From assembly GCA_011777135.1 (NCBI GenBank), contig JAABVY010000363.1, forward strand, positions 1 through 27,071: a stretch of DNA of 27,071 bases. The letters run 5' to 3'. Each line of letters begins with the position of its first letter. Within the stretch, counting starts at the first letter, position 1. A model generated the notes under the pieces. That model ran no database searches. It was not told the DNA's origin and saw only the letters and a list, made by a program, of their open reading frames with translations. Below are positions 17,122-22,343 of the stretch, piece after piece. A program made the position numbers and the translations under genes. Origin of the DNA: Candidatus Zixiibacteriota bacterium (lineage in GTDB: Bacteria; Zixibacteria; MSB-5A5; JAABVY01).

Positions 17122-18480
17122 ATGAAAGCGATTAATCCTGCTACGAACGAACTTATAAAGGACTATGATGAGCATGATGATGATGCTGTCAAGGATATAT
17201 TGAAAAAAGTTGATAATGAATTCAAAAGCTGGAGCCGCACTGATTTTGCTCATCGCAGCAAACTCATGAAAAAAGCGGCCGGGATTTTGAAGAAGAATAA
17301 AGATGACTATGCCCGCACGATGGCTATGGAGATGGGTAAGCCGATCACTGAGGCCCGATCCGAAGCTGAGAAATGCGCATGGGTATGCGAATACTACGCC
17401 GAGAATGCGGAGAAATTCCTGGCGGACATGGAAATCGAGACCGACGCCAGCAGGAGTTTTGTCGCCTTTCAGCCATTGGGTACAGTGCTGGCGATTATGC
17501 CCTGGAACTTTCCCTTCTGGCAGGTCTTCCGGTTTGCTGCGCCGGCTTTGATGGCCGGTAACACGGGCATATTGAAGCATGCTTCGAATGTCCCCGGATC
17601 AGCCTTGAAAATTGAAGAGGTATTTCGGGAAGCGGGATTTCCGGAGAATGCTTTTAGATCATTACTGATAAGCTCGAGCAAAGTCGAGGGGATAATAAAG
17701 GATGACAGGATCAAGGCGGTAACGCTTACCGGTTCTGAATTCGCCGGTATGCAGGTAGCCGCGCAAGCCGGAAGCGTGGTCAAAAAGACCGTGATGGAGC
17801 TGGGCGGCTCTGATCCGTATATTGTGCTTGAGGATGCCGACATGCCCTCCTGCGTGGAGACATCGGCCAAGGCGCGCATGATCAACAACGGCCAGAGCTG
17901 TATTGCCGCCAAACGTTTTATTGTGGTCAAATCCAAGCTCAAGGAGTTCGAGGAAGCCCAGACCAATATCATGAAAAATCTGAAGGTGGGCGATCCGCTG
18001 GATGAAGAAACTCAGGCGGGTCCGATGGCGCGCCAGGATTTGATGGAGGATCTTCATGAGCAGGTTAAGCAGTCAGTTGAGAAGGGCGCAAAACTCCTGA
18101 CAGGCGGAGAGCCAATGGATCGTGAGGGAGCTTTCTATCCGCCCACAGTCCTGACCAACTGCAAGAAGGGCATGAAGGTTGTGGATGAGGAAACATTCGG
18201 TCCGGTTTCAGCCATAATTCCGGTCAAGGATGCCGAGGAGGCGATTGCGGTTGCCAACGATTCCCAATATGGCCTGGGCGGCGCGGTATGGTCGCAGGAT
18301 GTCGAGAAAGCCATTGAGGTTGCGCGCAGGGTGGAGACCGGCAATATGTTTGTCAACGGTATGACCAAATCCGACCCGCGTCTCCCCTTCGGCGGAGTCA
18401 AGAACTCCGGTTATGGCCGCGAACTTTCAGTCTTTGGAATCAGGGAATTCGTGAATATAAAGACGATCTGGGTGGGGTAA
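17122..18480 (+). CDS. sad: NAD(P)-dependent succinate-semialdehyde dehydrogenase (Sad/GabD1 type)
   Basis: AINPAT, IMPWNFPFWQ, LKHASNVP, TLTGS, MELGGSDP, catalytic NNGQSCIAAKR, EETFGP, PFGGVKNSGYGREL; GAGGTG RBS before ATG 17122. Confidence 0.88.
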   Translation: MKAINPATNELIKDYDEHDDDAVKDILKKVDNEFKSWSRTDFAHRSKLMKKAAGILKKNKDDYARTMAMEMGKPITEARSEAEKCAWVCEYYAENAEKFLADMEIETDASRSFVAFQPLGTVLAIMPWNFPFWQVFRFAAPALMAGNTGILKHASNVPGSALKIEEVFREAGFPENAFRSLLISSSKVEGIIKDDRIKAVTLTGSEFAGMQVAAQAGSVVKKTVMELGGSDPYIVLEDADMPSCVETSAKARMINNGQSCIAAKRFIVVKSKLKEFEEAQTNIMKNLKVGDPLDEETQAGPMARQDLMEDLHEQVKQSVEKGAKLLTGGEPMDREGAFYPPTVLTNCKKGMKVVDEETFGPVSAIIPVKDAEEAIAVANDSQYGLGGAVWSQDVEKAIEVARRVETGNMFVNGMTKSDPRLPFGGVKNSGYGRELSVFGIREFVNIKTIWVG

Positions 18481-18502
18481 TCAATTTAGAACTTTGTTTC
18501 CG

Positions 18503-18531
18503 AAAGCCTCTGCTATCCGCAGGGGCTTTTT
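18503..18531 (+). terminator. Rho-independent terminator, possibly bidirectional
   Basis: AAAGCCTCTGC-tatcc-GCAGGGGCTTT followed by further T; lies between convergent genes. Confidence 0.8.
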
Positions 18532-18611
18532 AATTCATGGCGCAGGGTCACATCCGGCCACGGCCGGACAAGACCCTGCTCGACTGGCACGCCCAAAAGT
18601 ATGAATTTCAT
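18513..18611 (-). CDS. Possible 32-aa small protein or truncated gene remnant (MKFILLGVPVEQGLVRPWPDVTLRHELKSPCG)
   Basis: GGGAGG-aaat-ATG directly after the lipoprotein stop; below ORF-track length cutoff. Confidence 0.3.
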   Translation of the reverse strand: MKFILLGVPVEQGLVRPWPDVTLRHELKSPCG

Positions 18612-18623
18612 ATTTCCTCCCTA

Positions 18624-19754
18624 TTAATTTTTGGGTCCTATACAAAGAGATTGGATAAAATGACCCATGTCGGGCCAAATGTTTTTGGTGATCCTTTTTT
18701 CCTTGGTGTCTATTGCCGATACAGTACCGCTGCCCTGGGAAAGCCGTCCTGATCCGACATACGCTTTTCCGCCTGTTGGTGTAAATACAATCTCTCTAGC
18801 ATACAAGGGAGCAGAGGGATATCCATCAATCTGTCCGTGAAGAGAGATACCATCTATGTAATTGCCGGTCTCGGTGTCGAACACAAAGATAATTCCCGGT
18901 ATTTCATACTGCATAAAGTATCCGGGATATGTAACATACATCTCCTGTCCGTCCGGGGATATCTTCAGCGATCCCGTTGTCGTTGAAAATGGCGTCTGGA
19001 ATATCATTTCTCTTTCCTGGAGATCATAGCAGGTAATGTTGATACCATCATATTTGGAGAGGGTTACGCAATAAAGCCGCCGGCCGTCAGGATGAATATC
19101 ATAAGCATATATCGTAACCAGGCTGTCCCTGCTGTCATGAATAAACCACTGATCCGACATCGCCCTGTTTTTGTAATCGTAAGCGGCAATAAAGGTCGAA
19201 TCGAAACTCGCCGGATTGAGAACACCGTGCAAGTATATGAGGTTCTTATCTGATCGCAATATTGGCAATCCTACTGATGGCGTAGAATCTGAATATATTC
19301 TATTGAAGGCGGGCAGAGAGTAGAAATGTATACTATCATAAGCAAAACCGATATACAGACTCTCATCTGTTATAAAGAGCGGGCCATACTCGCCTTCAAG
19401 CCTGTGAATCTCATCCAGATTCTGGGCATCATATATGATTGTCAATCTTTCCGTCAGATATGTATCATGATATGAAACGGAGAGATATTGACCGTCGGAA
19501 GATACTCCTATCGCCCCAGGATTGTATACTTCATCTGTAACATACTGAACACTATCGACCAGAGAATCCGTTTCTGTGTCAATCTTGTATAACCATTCGC
19601 TCTCGAAATCTGTGGCATACAGCCAGCCCTTGTATGGTCCAGGTTGTACCGGGCCGACCGGGCAGTCCTCACAACAGGAACTGATAATAAATGCCAAGAT
19701 CAGAGAGCTCAAGGCCGCCAAAGCTGTCAGTATTGTTTTAAGGTTTTTCTGCAA
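18624..19754 (-). CDS. Lipoprotein with YncE/YVTN-like beta-propeller (paralog 1)
   Basis: AGGAGGT-att-TTG start; lipobox ISS-C then CEDCP; blade-like repeats (VSSDGQYL, IHPDGRRLYC, ISPDGQEMYVT, FTPTGGKAYVG, VSAIDT). Confidence 0.8.
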   Translation of the reverse strand: MQKNLKTILTALAALSSLILAFIISSCCEDCPVGPVQPGPYKGWLYATDFESEWLYKIDTETDSLVDSVQYVTDEVYNPGAIGVSSDGQYLSVSYHDTYLTERLTIIYDAQNLDEIHRLEGEYGPLFITDESLYIGFAYDSIHFYSLPAFNRIYSDSTPSVGLPILRSDKNLIYLHGVLNPASFDSTFIAAYDYKNRAMSDQWFIHDSRDSLVTIYAYDIHPDGRRLYCVTLSKYDGINITCYDLQEREMIFQTPFSTTTGSLKISPDGQEMYVTYPGYFMQYEIPGIIFVFDTETGNYIDGISLHGQIDGYPSAPLYAREIVFTPTGGKAYVGSGRLSQGSGTVSAIDTKEKRITKNIWPDMGHFIQSLCIGPKN

Positions 19755-19769
19755 AATACCTCCTTTCAA
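19615..19769 (-). repeat. 155-bp direct repeat, copy 1 (RBS + signal peptide + start of mature lipoprotein)
   Basis: Ungapped manual alignment to 20754-20908: 21 mismatches in 155 (about 86% identity). Confidence 0.9.
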
Positions 19770-20893
19770 TTTAGTTTAGGCCCTATTTTCAAATCTGAAA
19801 TGAAATGCCCGAGATCGGGCCAGATGTTTTTGATAACATCTCTGGATTCAGTATCGATTACAGATATTGTGCCGGATTCCAATACTACTTTGCCGGATCC
19901 AATATAGGCCTTATGTCCCTGTGGCGTGAAAACAATGGGAGTGGCATAGAGAGGATGAAATGGATTGGGAGCATACCCAAATAGCGATATTCCTTCAATA
20001 TAACTCCCATCATTCGCATCCAGAATATACACAGTGCCGGGATTTCCATAATACGCTAAATCGCCCGGTTCTGTAACATATAGATATTCCTCATCCGGGG
20101 TTAGCCGGACACTTCCTGTCCAGGAAAATATAGGATAAGAAAAGATAATCTCTTCTGTCTCAAGATCATAACAGGTTACCATGGCCCCATCAAGATTTGA
20201 ATAATTGAGACAGTATATTTTGGTTCCATCCTTATTTATATCAAATGCAGTTACAAATACTATGGAATCATGCTTGTCGCGGAAATACCATTCTTGTTCT
20301 ATTTCGCGATTTACATAATCATATGAATAAATGAAAGTGGATTCGACATGCTCAGGATTGACGGCACCATTCATAAACACAAGGTCGTTTTTAATATTCA
20401 CGATCGGATAAGCGGAAAGGCTGGTAGCTTCTTTATGAACGATTGTGAAATCTGGAAGGGAATAGATCCTAAATCTTTGACCTATTCCGATCATGATATC
20501 TTGATCCGGTATGAACACAGGAATATTATAGTCAGCCAGATCGGTGAGAGTATCGAGCGTCTGCGCATCATAAATTCGAGTGAATCGTACACCATTAACC
20601 AGATCATAGTAGCCAACCGCAAGAAAGCGACCATCAGTAGATACATCTATTGTCCCAGGGACAGATTTCCTCGTGGTCTCATATTGCACGCTATCGACCA
20701 GTGAATCGGTTTCCACATCAATTTTATACACCCATTTGTTTTGCATATCAATCGCATACAGCCAGCCCTTGTACGGTTTAGGCTGGACCGGGCCGACCGG
20801 GCAGTCCTCGCAGCAGGAATAGATTAAAAACGCCAGGATCAGAAAACTCAGGGCCGCCAAAGCTGTCAGTATTGTTTTGAAGTTCTTTCGCAA
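19766..20893 (-). CDS. Lipoprotein with YncE/YVTN-like beta-propeller (paralog 2)
   Basis: Same RBS/TTG start; IYS-C then CEDCP; VSTDGRFL, INKDGTKIYC, LTPDEEYLYVT, FTPQGHKAYIG, ISVIDT; collinear with paralog 1. Confidence 0.8.
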   Translation of the reverse strand: MRKNFKTILTALAALSFLILAFLIYSCCEDCPVGPVQPKPYKGWLYAIDMQNKWVYKIDVETDSLVDSVQYETTRKSVPGTIDVSTDGRFLAVGYYDLVNGVRFTRIYDAQTLDTLTDLADYNIPVFIPDQDIMIGIGQRFRIYSLPDFTIVHKEATSLSAYPIVNIKNDLVFMNGAVNPEHVESTFIYSYDYVNREIEQEWYFRDKHDSIVFVTAFDINKDGTKIYCLNYSNLDGAMVTCYDLETEEIIFSYPIFSWTGSVRLTPDEEYLYVTEPGDLAYYGNPGTVYILDANDGSYIEGISLFGYAPNPFHPLYATPIVFTPQGHKAYIGSGKVVLESGTISVIDTESRDVIKNIWPDLGHFISDLKIGPKLN

Positions 20894-20908
20894 AATACCT
20901 CCTTTCAA
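20754..20908 (-). repeat. 155-bp direct repeat, copy 2
   Basis: Identical blocks of 19, 27, 23 and 20 nt shared with copy 1. Confidence 0.9.
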
Positions 20909-21068
20909 ACTAGACATAAGTGTCAATTTAGATGATAAGATGCCTCACGCCCATGTATTATGCTTCATGCTTCCTCCTTTTCCGCAGGCTCGAATTCAAC
21001 CTGCCAGATTTGAGGTTATCTTATAGAAAGTTAGATGCGCCAATGGGTGCTATTTCAACTTCAACAAT

Positions 21069-21098
21069 AATCTACTCATATTACCATGACGCTGTCAA
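21069..21098 (-). promoter_or_regulatory. Candidate sigma70 promoter for the lipoprotein pair
   Basis: Minus strand TTGACA-N18-TAGATT. Confidence 0.5.
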
Positions 21099-21115
21099 GC
21101 CAAAAACGTTGAATA

Positions 21116-21238
21116 CAGGGGAAGCTCCACAATAGAAATCGGCCTCGCTATGCCTGTATCTAATAGCGCGGAGGCCTGATTCGCCTTGGGGATAGCTGAG
21201 TGGTCTGGCGGTACACAACCCTGGAGAATCCTCTCCTG
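21116..21238. ncRNA. Candidate structured RNA of unknown class
   Basis: Closing stems CAGGGGA/TCTCCTG and CTCCA/TGGAG enclose a long hairpin (21137-21181) and a CGCC/GGCG stem. Confidence 0.3.
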
Positions 21239-21491
21239 AAGCGGAAAAAAGATGTAAAAGATTTCAATATCTGTTTCATTTGCTTCATAGTGTTTAAAAT
21301 CCAGCCAAAAAATAAGGATTCAAATTGCTGTGGTCTTGCAACTTCTTGGCATTTGGCTTATTTGATAGTCATGAGATATTATCAAGTGGCATAATCAGTT
21401 AGGGATCAGGGGGCACTATCCAAAGTGAATTCCGAGGGAAAAATGCTCGGGGGGAGTTTTATCTATTCCGGTACGAAATGACTCTGATATT

Positions 21492-21508
21492 GCGGCATAT
21501 TTTTTGCA
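21492..21508 (+). promoter_or_regulatory. Sigma54 (-24/-12) promoter upstream of flp pilin
   Basis: GCGGCATATTTTTTGCA: GG(21494-5)-N10-GC(21506-7) with GGCA and TTGCA. Confidence 0.55.
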
Positions 21509-21617
21509 TTATAATTGGATCAGGTATATACAGGCAATTGCCCTATTTTTATACAATTTGTATTGAGGGCAAAGCCGGATATGCCGGGAAGTCTACCTTA
21601 AATGGAAGGAGGAACTT

Positions 21618-21803
21618 ATGTTCCGAAAACTTCTGCATGACGAAAAGGCCCAGGACCTGATTGAATATGCCCTCCTCGGATCATTTATTTCAGTTGTATC
21701 CGTTGTGGTAGTCAGATCAATCGGGCCGCTGGTGAACGATCTCTACCTGGTAATTCAGGATGCCATGACCACAAATCCTGGGCCAGGCGCCAGAATATTG
21801 TAG
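21618..21803 (+). CDS. flp: Flp/Fap family type IVb prepilin
   Basis: 61 aa; short leader MFRKLLHDEKA then QDLIEYALL (Glu+5, Tyr+6) and a hydrophobic helix; AAGGAGGA RBS. Confidence 0.85.
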   Translation: MFRKLLHDEKAQDLIEYALLGSFISVVSVVVVRSIGPLVNDLYLVIQDAMTTNPGPGARIL

Positions 21804-21912
21804 CGGACTATACCAGGGCTGAAAAAAACACCTGCACTCCCACCAGAATCGCATCGGGAAGTGGGATTATAATTCCCATCCTCAACTGGAATCCATTAAG
21901 AATATAATATAG

Positions 21913-21948
21913 AATCCTCCGTCTACTAAGGCCGGGGATTTTTATTTT
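21913..21948 (+). terminator. Rho-independent terminator after flp
   Basis: AATCCTC-C-GTCT acta AGGC-C-GGGGATT followed by TTTATTTT. Confidence 0.6.
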
Positions 21949-22011
21949 GCAGGTTCCAAAGGCGTTATAGAAATATACTGCGCTGGAAGAACCGCATTTT
22001 CTCTAAAAAAG

Positions 22012-22039
22012 TTGACAATCTTTTCAAAAAGCATATATT
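22012..22039 (+). promoter_or_regulatory. Sigma70 promoter for the decarboxylase operon
   Basis: TTGACA-N16-TATATT about 90 bp upstream of ATG 22131. Confidence 0.55.
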
Positions 22040-22130
22040 TTTATCTTCTGCATGAGGCAAGAAACAGAAACATACCAACTTAGCGGGCTGACAATACCTG
22101 CCCGGCGAAAACTACCAAGAGGATTTTCAT

Positions 22131-22343
22131 ATGGAATCATCTAATCTGCTGGTTGTGTGTGCCCTCGCATTCGGCGCAGTCTTTGTACTGCTGTTATTTC
22201 TGGCCATAGTAATGCGGGTGATTCTTCTGGTCTTTCCGCAGAGAGCGGATGCCTCGGATGCCGCGGTTTATGCGGCAGTCACAGTAGCAGCATCACAATT
22301 ATATCCGGGAACAATCATCAAAAAGATCGAGGAAATAAAATGA
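22131..22343 (+). CDS. oadG: Na+-translocating decarboxylase gamma subunit (OadG family)
   Basis: 70 aa, one TM (AFGAVFVLLLFLAIVM), DAAVYAAVTVA, ITKIEE-like tail; ATGA overlap with the alpha subunit. Confidence 0.75.
   Translation: MESSNLLVVCALAFGAVFVLLLFLAIVMRVILLVFPQRADASDAAVYAAVTVAASQLYPGTIIKKIEEIK

Noticed and set aside
17164-17186. Short GAT repeat run
   Set aside because: Encodes an Asp-rich patch in SSADH; too short and imperfect for a contingency repeat.
19615-20908. Diversity-generating retroelement TR/VR pair or CRISPR repeats
   Set aside because: Mismatches are not adenine-specific, there is no reverse transcriptase, and there are only two long copies with no repeat-spacer pattern.
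18481-20932. Integron cassette array
   Set aside because: No RYYYAAC...GTTRRRY attC pairs at the junctions, no room for attC between the genes and no integrase.
20945-20947. Selenocysteine readthrough of the in-frame TGA upstream of lipoprotein paralog 2
   Set aside because: No SECIS-like hairpin directly 3', readthrough would bury the signal peptide, and in-frame position has a 1-in-3 chance.
21187-21240. tRNA-like start GGGGATAGCTGAGTGGTC
   Set aside because: Resembles a D-arm, but there is no anticodon stem, no GTTCRA T-loop and no acceptor pairing.
21540-21600. c-di-GMP-I riboswitch in the flp leader (GGGCAAAGCC..., hairpin ATACAA-T-TTGTAT)
   Set aside because: Has GGCAAA but lacks the GNRA loop and GACGCAAAGC-like second stem; only simple hairpins are supportable.
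20932-21660. ORFs 20932-21135, 21200-21394 and 21478-21660
   Set aside because: No RBS, TTG/GTG or weak starts, no recognisable protein features, and they overlap promoter/structured DNA.
22157-22339. 61-aa N-terminal extension of the alpha subunit in the ORF track
   Set aside because: Overlaps oadG in another frame; ATG 22340 gives a typical ATGA coupling.
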